IMG/VR virus record: IMGVR_UViG_3300005573_000064
Coordinates: 1 to 64,000 of that record
Direction: 5' to 3' (one strand)
Length of the DNA stretch: 64,000 bases
From: a virus
This document shows, in pieces, positions 29,594-40,200 of this stretch (positions are counted from its first letter, which is position 1; every line of letters begins with the position of its first letter). The notes under the pieces were generated by a model. The model had not been told where the DNA came from. It did no database searches and saw only the letters and a list, made by a program, of their open reading frames with translations. The position numbers and the translations under genes are program-made.

Positions 29594-29926
29594 CTAGACT
29601 CCTCCCGCTACTGTCGAACAGGTCCCCAATAACTGTTCGCCTTCGCTGAATGACTCCAGTTTAATCACCCAATTCGCAGCGAAGTTCGTTTTTCTGTTGA
29701 AGCTGAATATCTCCATATTCAAATCCGGTTCGATTTCAATTTCAAAATGAAGTTCTCCGATATCAAGCGCGAACATGAAATCATCGTCAATCGCCACGCA
29801 ATCAGGAACCTCTTTTAAAAAGGGGATGAATGTTTGAAACAATAGAAGCGCGCGCTTTTTAACTTCATCGCTGATATCGGATGCCATTATATATTCCAGC
29901 ATTCTATTTTCTCTGCTGTTTAACAT
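29594..29926 (-). CDS. Hypothetical acidic protein
   Basis: 110-aa ORF overlapping the upstream stop; GGGAG RBS. Confidence 0.7.
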   Translation of the reverse strand: MLNSRENRMLEYIMASDISDEVKKRALLLFQTFIPFLKEVPDCVAIDDDFMFALDIGELHFEIEIEPDLNMEIFSFNRKTNFAANWVIKLESFSEGEQLLGTCSTVAGGV

Positions 29927-30588
29927 TTCACTCCCCAGTAACCGTTCGCCTTCGCATTTTGAACGCGCTCAAGCATTTTCGGATCATAGATGTTATCGTG
30001 TCCGATATGTATTAAATATGCATAAGGATCGAAATATTCATCACCGCACCATTGAATAATTCTCCCAGGATACAATGTGCGACCGTAATTTTGAAAATCG
30101 CGTGTCGCAAGATCATGCGCCACCTGATACGGGTAGACACCATGCGCATACCCGATTTCCTTGAAGATTCGCGGTATTAGATCGTATGCATTCTCCACCC
30201 ACGCCTCATGCGCATTGGCTGCAAATAATGGCGCCAATACGTTAAGTTCACGTGTTTTCACCATCTCCCATTCGTTCATGACAGAGAACGAACCGTTTGC
30301 GATAGTCCAGAGTGGATATAGCGGTCTCACGCATAGCATATCCGAATCAATGTAAATCCCACCATAATTGCGGACTATTTCTATGCGCATGATATCGGAT
30401 GACTCAGAGGGAGTCTCGCACTGAGCGATAATATCGCGGTGGTCGAATTCGGGAAGGTTGCCCTCATTCCACTCCATGTATTCGAATTCGGGATTCATAT
30501 CCCTTACGGATTGCATGCATTCCCGAATTATGGCGGGCTTTTCCGGACCGATCCAAATTTGATGAATAACGCCTTTTTCAACGCTCAT
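29920..30588 (-). CDS. GT32 (OCH1-like, DXD sugar-binding) glycosyltransferase
   Basis: IHQIWIG, MNPEFEYMEW, SDIMRIEIVRNYGGIYIDSDM. Confidence 0.9.
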   Translation of the reverse strand: MSVEKGVIHQIWIGPEKPAIIRECMQSVRDMNPEFEYMEWNEGNLPEFDHRDIIAQCETPSESSDIMRIEIVRNYGGIYIDSDMLCVRPLYPLWTIANGSFSVMNEWEMVKTRELNVLAPLFAANAHEAWVENAYDLIPRIFKEIGYAHGVYPYQVAHDLATRDFQNYGRTLYPGRIIQWCGDEYFDPYAYLIHIGHDNIYDPKMLERVQNAKANGYWGVKC

Positions 30589-30622
30589 GTTTTATCAATC
30601 CCCGGTCTTTCAAGGTCGAAAG

Positions 30623-30895
30623 TTACTGGCCGGATTTCCTTTCAAATTCGTTGGTTCTTTTAATCGCCTTGGCGAAGGCATCCAGAACGGACATTATAAG
30701 CTCCGCAAGGATAAAGTCCGGGGTCGAGCTTCTGCCGTCAACTCCGTATTTGTTAAACACGCTGGCCAAATCCTTGGTGAGGCTGTCCCTGCTCTCCGAA
30801 TTTTCCATGGCTTCCTCAAGGACCGACTTGATCGTGTCCACGAACTCATCCTTCTCGCTGCTGTCGTACCGACTATCGGAATTAAATATGGTCAT
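30623..30895 (-). CDS. Small phage hypothetical protein
   Basis: 90 aa containing STPDFILAEL; AGGAGA RBS. Confidence 0.7.
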   Translation of the reverse strand: MTIFNSDSRYDSSEKDEFVDTIKSVLEEAMENSESRDSLTKDLASVFNKYGVDGRSSTPDFILAELIMSVLDAFAKAIKRTNEFERKSGQ

Positions 30896-30904
30896 AAGAT
30901 TCTC

Positions 30905-31861
30905 CTACCAGGGAAAGCCCAGACTGGCGTAGGCGCTGCTTTCCCTCTCCCATATCCCGGCTCTTTTTCTCGCTTCGATAACCGCGCTCGTAAGGTCATC
31001 CACCTTCGTCCCGTGAAGTCCGGACGACATCGAGAGGGCCGTGGTACTGCGGCAGTGGTCGATTCTGGAATCCGTCTGCCTCACGTAATTTAGCTCGACC
31101 CCTATCGAGTTAAAGGGGATGCCCAACTCCTTCAGTTTCTCTCCGAAGGCTATCTCGGTATCGGTCCATATCGCCTCCCCCATTTTAAACCCATAACGAA
31201 GTCCGTACTTGTCCCTTATTGTCGGGACGTGAAGCATCAGACAGGCGTGTCCCGGTACACCCTTGTAATTAATGGGATACGGGGATGTTCTTCTGGCATC
31301 CTCGCGGTTACTCATTGAATAGCCAACCACCGGGGAGTCCTCCGAGGTCAGCGTCATTAATTCCTCGAGTAATGAGCGGCTCATGGGAAACACATCACTG
31401 TGGGAGAAATACAGGTATTGGCTCCGACATATCGATAGGGCCAGGTCCAGCGCCCAACTTACCGGCTGACTGGCGTGAAGAGACGCATGGTGCCTGATAT
31501 AATGTATTTCCGTATCCGCGGTGCGAAGACTCTCAAGCTTCTCGACATTGGACCACATGCTGCCGGTGTCTATTATCATGATGTAAGGCTTGACGGTCTG
31601 ATACCAGTACAGCGGTTGAATAACCTGCACCAGTTCCGGAGAATCCCTGTGAGGTATGCATACGGTGACGTGATAATCCCACGGTTTTCTTGCTATCGAC
31701 CCGGAGAATGTTTCCATCCCGGGTAGTAATTCATCTCTTTTATCAACCTCGGCTTTCGGATAGCCCTCCGGCTTGGGAGAATCCTCCCGCGTTTCCCGCG
31801 GTGCGACCACTCTATCCGGTGTTTTCTTTTTCACATCAGGAACATTAAACCTGAATTGCAT
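30905..31861 (-). CDS. GT2-family (GT-A) glycosyltransferase
   Basis: VTVCIPHRD, IMIIDTGS, YLYFSHSDVF. Confidence 0.85.
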   Translation of the reverse strand: MQFRFNVPDVKKKTPDRVVAPRETREDSPKPEGYPKAEVDKRDELLPGMETFSGSIARKPWDYHVTVCIPHRDSPELVQVIQPLYWYQTVKPYIMIIDTGSMWSNVEKLESLRTADTEIHYIRHHASLHASQPVSWALDLALSICRSQYLYFSHSDVFPMSRSLLEELMTLTSEDSPVVGYSMSNREDARRTSPYPINYKGVPGHACLMLHVPTIRDKYGLRYGFKMGEAIWTDTEIAFGEKLKELGIPFNSIGVELNYVRQTDSRIDHCRSTTALSMSSGLHGTKVDDLTSAVIEARKRAGIWERESSAYASLGFPW

Positions 31862-31883
31862 CGCCAGCCCTTCTTTCCATTGT

Positions 31884-32873
31884 TTAAATAGGTTCGTTTC
31901 CCTGTGACGTTATCGCTGGAGGAGGATTGTCCCATGGGTTGGGATCCGGCACGTGAACGGGCGGGTCGTCCTTCATGTTGTCAGGCTCGTACCCGTAGCC
32001 ATGGTCGGCTCTACGTTTCAGATAATCGTCAAAATCCCCGGCACTTTGCCCGTGAAGATCCGCAAGTTCGGTGTACAGTCTTTGCATTTCACTGCACACC
32101 GCCATGCTTTCCTTGAGGCGCTTTATTTTTTCAGAGTCCAGCTTATCGGGGTCTTGCGCCAGCATCTCCTTGATCTTATCCTGAATGGACTCCTTCACCC
32201 GTCTGTAGTGGTGGGACTCAAGTATCGCATCGCCATGAAGCCTTGTATGGTATTCCAGTCCGTCATCCACCGAATGCGCTCCGCTTTCGTCATAGTCGAA
32301 CAAACTGGGCAGTCTCATGGGCATCGAGGCGGGTCCGTTGGATCCTCCGGAATCATCGATATCGCCCATCTTATCAGAACCGCCAATCTCCTTGGCCTTT
32401 GCACTCTCCTTGGCGACCTTCGAGGCTAGGGCCGAATGAATCCTGGCTGAGTCCAGAAAAGCCTGGGCCCTCCTATTATGAAAGTCCCCCATCTTCTCGT
32501 GCACGAACATGGCGGCTTCGATTAACGGATCCTTCATGTCTGCCGCTTCGTTATCCAGTTCCGGATCCGTAATTATGGGGTCCTGAGGCGTGGCCAGCCC
32601 GTTGGAGTAGGAGGGCGGATCACTCATGTTCTCGGCACTCTTTGGCGTGAACTGCAAAGGATTGCCCGGATTGGGAACGATTGGAGGAACCTGAGCCTTG
32701 GCCGGACCGGTTCCGGTGTCTCTCGCCTTTTTCATCAGGTCGTAGTGCCTGGCCGCTATCTTTTGATCCTGCGTGTAAAATTTAATGGCGTACTTTGAGG
32801 CCGCTGTATGGGATATTCGGCCCAGGTTCCCGGTTCCATATCTGGCGGGAAGATAGGAATATGATTTACTCAC
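31884..32873 (-). CDS. Hypothetical acidic, His/Pro-rich protein
   Basis: 329-aa ORF, GTG start behind AGGAGG. Confidence 0.7.
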   Translation of the reverse strand: MSKSYSYLPARYGTGNLGRISHTAASKYAIKFYTQDQKIAARHYDLMKKARDTGTGPAKAQVPPIVPNPGNPLQFTPKSAENMSDPPSYSNGLATPQDPIITDPELDNEAADMKDPLIEAAMFVHEKMGDFHNRRAQAFLDSARIHSALASKVAKESAKAKEIGGSDKMGDIDDSGGSNGPASMPMRLPSLFDYDESGAHSVDDGLEYHTRLHGDAILESHHYRRVKESIQDKIKEMLAQDPDKLDSEKIKRLKESMAVCSEMQRLYTELADLHGQSAGDFDDYLKRRADHGYGYEPDNMKDDPPVHVPDPNPWDNPPPAITSQGNEPI

Positions 32874-32883
32874 GATTTTCTCC

Positions 32884-33303
32884 TTAGGCTCTGGCCACGC
32901 TTAGTTCGCCCTCCACGAGGTCAAGGGCTACTGACAAGGCGGTGCGCCTTCCGTTATACGTTATTACAACAACCAACAATATTGTCGAACTGTTTACAGG
33001 TATTGGTGTGATGGCTATGTTCGAGGCGTTTAAAAACCCGTCATGGGTCAAGGCGTTCGTAGCCAGAGTCACCATGGTCATGGCGGTGCTCGAGCTATTG
33101 GGTTCCCCGATCACGCTTTCCAGGGAGGCTCCGCACTCCGGAGCCAGAACCCAATCCCCGGCTACGGTCTTCAATCTGAACATGGCTTCCTGAATGACCG
33201 TATCCGAACCCTCCACGAACAGGAAATCCCCGTTAGGCCCTATGGAGGGCTCCCCGGTGGTATCCATAGCTATGTCATTTAAAAGATCAGGATTTAGGTA
33301 CAT
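32884..33303 (-). CDS. gp25/W-like baseplate (sheath-initiator) protein
   Basis: GDFLFVEG...QEAMFRLKTVAGDWVLAPECGASLESVIGEPN. Confidence 0.85.
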   Translation of the reverse strand: MYLNPDLLNDIAMDTTGEPSIGPNGDFLFVEGSDTVIQEAMFRLKTVAGDWVLAPECGASLESVIGEPNSSSTAMTMVTLATNALTHDGFLNASNIAITPIPVNSSTILLVVVITYNGRRTALSVALDLVEGELSVARA

Positions 33304-33820
33304 TCAATTCCTCAAGTAATTTGGAGAGTCTGCTTATCTCTTTTATTGTTTCATTATTTTGCACGGGCTTAAGAAACAAGGGCTTTCTGCTCATTAAATC
33401 GGTTAACGGTATGGATGACTGGCCTTCCTGAGGAACTCCCACTATAACGTTAGTCGACAATCCCATATCGGTGAACGTGAGAGGGGATACTGCAAGCTCG
33501 GGATTGTTCCCAAGCCACCCTTGATTAAGCTGTGAGCTGTTTATGGAAAAGGACGGGGTCAGAATATTCGTTCTCGTATTGGACAGAAGAAAGGCTTGCG
33601 ATGCCGAGGCGACCGTTCCATTGTCACCGTCCAGGAAAAATCCGCAATTTCCGGCCGCGAGTTCGAGTATTCCATCCTCCCTAAGATGAACGCTGACATT
33701 CTCGGCAATGTTAACCAGTGACACCTCATCCGGGCGTGTCATGTGAGCGGTGCTTTTGAACGCGCTTAGTCTTTCGGAAAGAGGTGTCGCCAGGTTTTTC
33801 ACAACGCTTTTAATATCCAT
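33287..33820 (-). CDS. Baseplate-associated protein (possible spike C-terminal part)
   Basis: 177 aa between the spike-like and gp25-like genes; beta-repeat VHLREDGILELAAG. Confidence 0.55.
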   Translation of the reverse strand: MDIKSVVKNLATPLSERLSAFKSTAHMTRPDEVSLVNIAENVSVHLREDGILELAAGNCGFFLDGDNGTVASASQAFLLSNTRTNILTPSFSINSSQLNQGWLGNNPELAVSPLTFTDMGLSTNVIVGVPQEGQSSIPLTDLMSRKPLFLKPVQNNETIKEISRLSKLLEELNVPKS

Positions 33821-34161
33821 CAGCCCTGAGGCGCTCCGTTTCTAGGGAGTTTTTGGTTTGTGAATTCATCAGGCTCCTTGCTAAGAATGGAGGATATCCC
33901 GGAGTAGGTGTAGTTTCCGTGTATGGAATGAAGAATCACTCGTTTTCCGGGCCTCGGCTTGCTTGGGTTGACGCCTTCGAATATGGGAAGGGAGGATCCC
34001 ACTATTCGTATGAAGCCGTTTCCGCTTGGGTTTTGGATGGTGACCGTTGCGGTGTTCTTGACGCCATCCACATCCTCCACTCTTCCGATAATGGAGGGTG
34101 ACCGTTTCCCCACCTCGTTCTGTATCAGACCTTCCAGTTTTTTTCTAAGTTCACCAGCCAT
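33820..34161 (-). CDS. Baseplate spike OB-fold-like protein
   Basis: IIGRVEDVDGVKNTATV...PRPGKRVIL resembles the gpV/gp5 N-terminal OB fold; directly downstream of the hub gene. Confidence 0.55.
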   Translation of the reverse strand: MAGELRKKLEGLIQNEVGKRSPSIIGRVEDVDGVKNTATVTIQNPSGNGFIRIVGSSLPIFEGVNPSKPRPGKRVILHSIHGNYTYSGISSILSKEPDEFTNQKLPRNGAPQG

Positions 34162-34176
34162 TTCAATCTCCTCCCG

Positions 34177-34188
34177 TATATTATAGCA
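34177..34188 (-). promoter_or_regulatory. Extended -10 promoter-like motif TGCTATAATATA
   Basis: Intergenic, just upstream of the GGAGGAG RBS; the same 11-mer occurs at 61874 and 63243. Confidence 0.55.
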
Positions 34189-34200
34189 CGAACCGTAAGC

Positions 34201-37200
34201 CTATCGCCCGAATTGAGACTCTCGTGTCGCTAGCCAGGTATCCCATCCGATTTGGTTTGGTTGCGTTTTCAGCACCGATGAGGCGAAGCCCTGCGCTATT
34301 GTCGGGATAAGCTCTATATGCACCTTGTCGGTCGAAGCGATCGGGAACCACAGGTTATATTTCCGCGCCTCGGAGTGCACATAACTCCATGCGCTCGAGG
34401 GTGAGACGTTTAGGTCTGCGGCCATCCCGAACCCATGCCCGGAATATCCCGGGCGTGCGGCCACCTTCTCGTTCTCATGATGACTAAGATATATGGCGTT
34501 TTGTTCGGCCCATCCCCTGTACCCCGAGGTGACTGTTATGATTATGTTCTGTTTTCTCATGTCCTCTATGAATCTGCTCAGGTTCGTGGCGAAGGTGGGA
34601 TTAAGATCCGCAAGGTCCGGATGCGTTCCCGGGGTTACCGGCAATCTATAAATCGAGGACGTTTTATTACTTGAGTAATCCATGTTGGGATTATTCACAG
34701 CAGGGCTCGAAGGCGTGGAGGTGTTGGAAGTATTCCCGCCATCGAACAGGTAATCGTAGTTGCTCTGCGGATTACTCATGCCCTGGCTGCTGGCCGCCAA
34801 TCGGTTATTCAAGGAGGTCATGTAGCTATTCCAGGCATCGGTGTTAGGCTTCGTCAGCTTGTTTTTTATAAAGTCCTCGGAACTTGAGAAGTTGGTGTGC
34901 AACGGGTTTTGCATGGTCGCTCCGGGGAAAACGAAGTTCATGACCCAGGGAATGATCTCCCCGATTATGCCATGCTCCTCTCTTCCGTAGCTTGTAGAGA
35001 ATATTGAGGCCCACCAGGCGTCCCCCAGCGAGATGGGGTCGCCAACTACGCTGCCCAAATGTCCTTCTATTCCGGCCGAGAATTCAAACCCATTGACTTG
35101 AAGAGGCATTATGACCAGGCACTTCTTAGCCGCCAGGTATCTGCCTATCATATCTCCCAGGGACGAAGTTATGACCAGCGCGCCTAACTGAACAAGCAGA
35201 GGAATAATGCCAACCCCGGTTGCCCCCTCCGCAACGTCCGAACCCACTTGCGTTCCGACATCGATACCTTCGGTTACAGCCTTCTCACCTTCGGTTACAG
35301 CGGTCTCACCTTGGGTTACAGCGGTCTCACCTTGGGTTACAGCAGTCTCACCTTCGGTTACAGCAGTCTCACCTTCGGTTACAGCAGTCTCACCTTGGGT
35401 TACAGCGGTCTCACCTTGGGTTACAGCGGTCTCACCTTGGGTTACAGCGGTCTCACCTTCGGTTGGAAGTATGGTCTCGTCCGGAGCCGCTGCCTCGCCA
35501 CCCCCTCCGGTGTCCGGTGAAGTGGCGGTGTTGGTATCGGTTGAGGCGTTGGCGTTCGCCTGCGCTCCCTCGGGCGTGGTCGCCCTTCTGGGCTCCTCCG
35601 AGCCTAGGCCGTACCTTTCAATATCCCTGTAGACTGACTTTATTATACCTTTAGCGGCATCGGAAAGACCCTCCCATCCCTTCTTGATAAGGCCCAGAAT
35701 TTTACTTCCCGTAGGCGAGTCAGCACCCTTGTTTATGGCGTCCTTTATACCCTGGCCCATATCCCTAATGGTTTTTCTAGCGTTCAGAAGGTCATCAACA
35801 GGTTTTACACCCGTCTCCGAAGGAGTAGCCTCAGGATCTCCGGCTATTGTTTCGAAGGCTTTTTGCGCTTTTCCCGCAACCGCCTCTTTTATAGCCTGCG
35901 GCCTTCCCGTAATCCATCTCACTATTCTGGACTCCAGCCCCCACCTGCTGAAAGCTTTCAGTATTGTTCCAATCGCGATCAGGTAAAGCCGAGCCGAGAC
36001 TACGGTCATGCCGAATCTGGCCAGTGACATCCACACTCCGGTATCCATGCCGCTGGCCACCGAGACAAGACAATCCGGAGACACAAGGGTTATGTAGCCG
36101 GTTTCCAGGGATAGCTGTGTTATAACCTCCTTCACCTGAAACATGCCGTTCATCAATTTTCCACGATCCATGAAATAGACGTAATCCCACGGCCACATGT
36201 AAGGATCACCGGCTATCATGCTGTAGCCCTGATACATATCGGCAACGGCATCCCTGAGAGTCATGGCCGAGTACATGTTAGCCGCATGACACACCACGTT
36301 TATCGGAGTGAACCAGGTGAAGGCTCTCTGCAGACCCTCCCACCCGTAACCGGGTCCGGATAATAGACCGGATTGTATGACCTCACCTTTTCTAACCTGG
36401 GGATATATGTCATCATCCACATGCATAACGTCCGCATACACCATTGCGCTGCCCCACGCTCCGCCATAGATATATTTGGACTGACACTCGGTAAGCACGT
36501 TATCCGAGGAGGCCGTTATGTCGCTGGAAATAAGATTATAACCTGACGAGATCACATGGAACTGGGAAAAAGCCTTGCTCTCCATTAGGGTGGTGTAATC
36601 CGGATCCGTATCTTGAAGAACATCGACACCATCCACATAGTAATCCTTGGCGGCAGTGGATCCGGTTTGAGGGTTGGGTGCGGATACATTATACTGAAAC
36701 GGGTTCTCCGTCATATACTTGTACTTATAGTAATAGGGGAACCAGTCCCTGCCATAGAATAGGGTTGACCTATACTCGAAAGGACGCACAGCGAGAATGA
36801 AGTCGCTAACAGCCATACGGCAGGTTTCCGCTATCCCCCACGGGCTGGCGGATTCCATTTCTATGCCTATGAGAGTCTGGCCATGTAGCGCGGCTATGGA
36901 GCCATTTATGGTGTACCAATTCTCAGCGGCATAGCTTTTATTATTGGGGTCCTGGGTGCTCTCGTAAAGATTCACTCCGCATTCGCCCAGACTGTAACTT
37001 CCATAAGCGCGAAAGTCCAGGTTTCCAAAGTCGACAATACCGTAAGGGTTGTCCGTCATCCATCTTGCATGCGTTAACGTTTCAATAATGCTCGAAGTCG
37101 GGGAGAATAGCTGACCGATAATGTTTCTAGGCTCGATCCCGTGAAAGTTGAACAACCCCGTATTCTGCCAGACCTGATGGGAGTCTATCGGGTCGCTTAT

Positions 37201-40200
37201 CCAGTGACCGTCATTCCTGCTAGCCTCCTTGACAAGTTCAGCGCCATCGCCCAAAGCCACCACTTCGCAGATATCGGAAGCCGTGGGGACTTCGGAAACG
37301 GTGCCGTTAAATCTGACGGGATATTGAGAGGCGTCACTACCGTATCCGACTCTGATATGAATGCGAACACCGGGACGCAGGGCGAGCATCTTAGCCCACT
37401 GCTCCCTTCTTGCCTCAAGATCGGGGGTTACCTGGCTAGTGAAAAACTGTTTAATTCCATTTATCCACGACTCGAAGGTGTCCGTTGTTCTAGTGTCCTG
37501 CATCTTCTGGAGCTCGATCATCGCGGCCATTGAATTAAGTCTGTTATAGAGATTGGAGAATGCCAAAGTGGCCACGTCAACGGGATCCTTTCTGGTTTGG
37601 ACTATGCTAATCGATATCACGGAGGACATCCCGTAGAAATGGTCGCTAAGTCTTTCTATGCCAACCCACATGCCACCATCCACAAGTTGAACAAGATAGG
37701 ACGGAAACGCCCCGACAAGCCTGCCGATGTACTCCTTCTTTTGGAAGTCGTGAAACATAGGCCGAAACTTCATAGGCAGTGTTGAGGGCGCGGGAGGGTT
37801 AAGAGCCCCGGGTTTTTTCGAGTAAAGATAATCGTATATGTTTGCCGCCTTGGACGGATCGGGAAAAGCTGCCGGAGTGATATCCGTGTATACAGTGTAA
37901 CCATACCACTCCTTGTTTCCGTTTTCAGGCTCCGTAGGATATGGATATCCGTTATGCATATTCGATGAATCGACCAGGTTGCTCTTGGGCGTGGTCGTCT
38001 CATTATCCGGGTATATCGGTATGTTGGTAGGGAGACAGGGTAGGATAGCCAGTCTCGCCTCCCCTTGAAGAGGCTCCCACTTTTTAGTTCCGGGGAAGTA
38101 TTTTTCAAGAACAACATTCCAAGGGGATGTCTTCTTTTCGCCTTTGGGAGTGGCGAAGAGCCTAGTCTCCATTTGGCATAGATGGTATCTGTAAATACTG
38201 TCAAGGCCTATCTGACCGGATTCCAGCATTTGGAGGTATCTGGCCGCCTCGGGCTTCGGGATCCCAGCGTTGCTTATAACCTCCTCGTATATCTTCTTAC
38301 CGGAGGGGGACGTTCGAGAGGGGTTGTTTATCGGACTGCTCTTCGAGTATACGTTATTCCACAAACTGGCGAAGGCCATTACACCGGGGGTGTACCCGGC
38401 CCCGCCCATTTCACCAGCACCGAAATTGATACCGCGATAGCCCTGAACTCCGTTAGCCTGCATGGTCCAGGGGTCGTTTGAAAAAGCCGCCATCTTTCCA
38501 GCAATCAGGAGAATGCCGGCTAGGACGTTGGCCACGGGGTCGTAGTTGTTATTCCTCAAAGCATCGTACGCGTTATCAGGAGGCGGACCGCTTGAATCCA
38601 TGCCAAGCGGAGGCTCCCCCGGGCCCTTCCCGGTGTACTGGTTAAGCTCCCTGGCGATAGCCGGAGCGTCCTGGCTGAAACTTACCGACATCAGGCCCTT
38701 GTGGCTTCCACCTCCCCCGCTACCGGATCTCACACCACCATCGGATTCCGCAAGTATTACTCCTAGAATAAGGCCCGGATCAAGATGGTTGGCCACGTCC
38801 TGGGAAATCCCCCATTGCGTGGGATTTGTCTTTATCAGGTGAAGAAGAGGGGTTACGATTTTATTGTCAAGATCCACTGCATTGTAAATTTGCGGGGTTG
38901 ATTTTCTATTTAGGAATTCGTTGACCCTGCTGGCCAGGGCTGGATGGTCTTTAATCACCTCGTTGTAATTTGACGTGGCGTAACTCGGATCGGTTTGGAC
39001 GCCCAGCACCGGATAGCCGTTCCAGACGGGGGCGTCTCTTCCGGCCTCCATTTGAAGAAGTGACAGGCCATCCAAGGTCTGGCCCCAGTATCGCTCGGCA
39101 TACTCGGTGTCAACCGGGGTGTTTCCATAGTGACTCGAGGAATACCGCTCGGAGGACTGTTTTCCCGCCAATATGGTTTGATAGGCGGAGCTGAGGTCAA
39201 GCTGTTGCTGAGCGTAAGCTTCACCGCTATCCTCAGTGGGCGTGGAGGAGGATATGTGACTTCCCGCCTTGTGTATGGCTTGAATACCAAAACTATCCGT
39301 CAGCAGCATATGTGCGTAACCTTTGGGGGAGTTGGCCTTGGCCGATGGCCTGTTCAACTCCTCCGTAGGGACTTCAACTCCGAAGTTCGCATCCACAAGC
39401 TCGGAGGCCCAGGTCGTGGGCTGAACCGCAGGCACACAGAAAAAGTCAGGCTCCGCATATCCCATGGGGTCGTTGGATGGGGCCATCATCATTATATTTT
39501 CCAGGGTGTGCTTGTTCACACTCATGACGGACCGCATGGACTTAAGAAGCTTCCTATCCTCAGGGTCATCAGGGTCCTTTCCGGTGTGGGCCCAGTCTCT
39601 TAGAATGGTTATCCAATGGTCCAGCTTGACTTTTGAAGGCAGGCACATATCCGGATACATCTCCACCATCCTAAGTCTGGCGTCAAGCAGCGACATACGC
39701 CACTCCTTCATTGCCGAACCCTCGTGAATATCCTGCATAAGAGGGTCGGCTTGAGTAAGAGGACGGTAGAAATTACCCAGGACTTTCTCAAGATATTCCG
39801 GCTTATCGGCATTCTCGGCCATTACCTGTGCCAACTTATCCTGTGGAATTCCGGTGGCCAGGGACAAGCTCCAGTTGGTTATAAGCTTGTCCATAACATC
39901 AAACTCCTCTCTTCTCATTTGGGTGGGGCTATATTCCATGATATCCAGCTGATAGGAATACAGGTGAGGAAAGCCGTCCACGGTGGAGACAGAGAAGTTA
40001 ATAGGTATGAAATGAAGGAGGCCCAGGGAGTTTATAAGGCTGTTCTTAATACCGAAAAACCCGGGATACGGAATGTCCCACTCCATGGTTCTATAGTATC
40101 GGCCCAGTTCTCTTACCTCGTCCAGCATGGCGCGAAGCAATTCCAAATCTCTCTCCCCCGCAAGAATGCCTTGAATGGATACGAAGCCATCCCCCCCACC

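Noticed and set aside
35207-35654. Plus-strand repetitive ORFs and a possible CRISPR-like 21-bp array
   Set aside because: Antisense shadows of the in-frame GETAVTQ repeat in the hub gene
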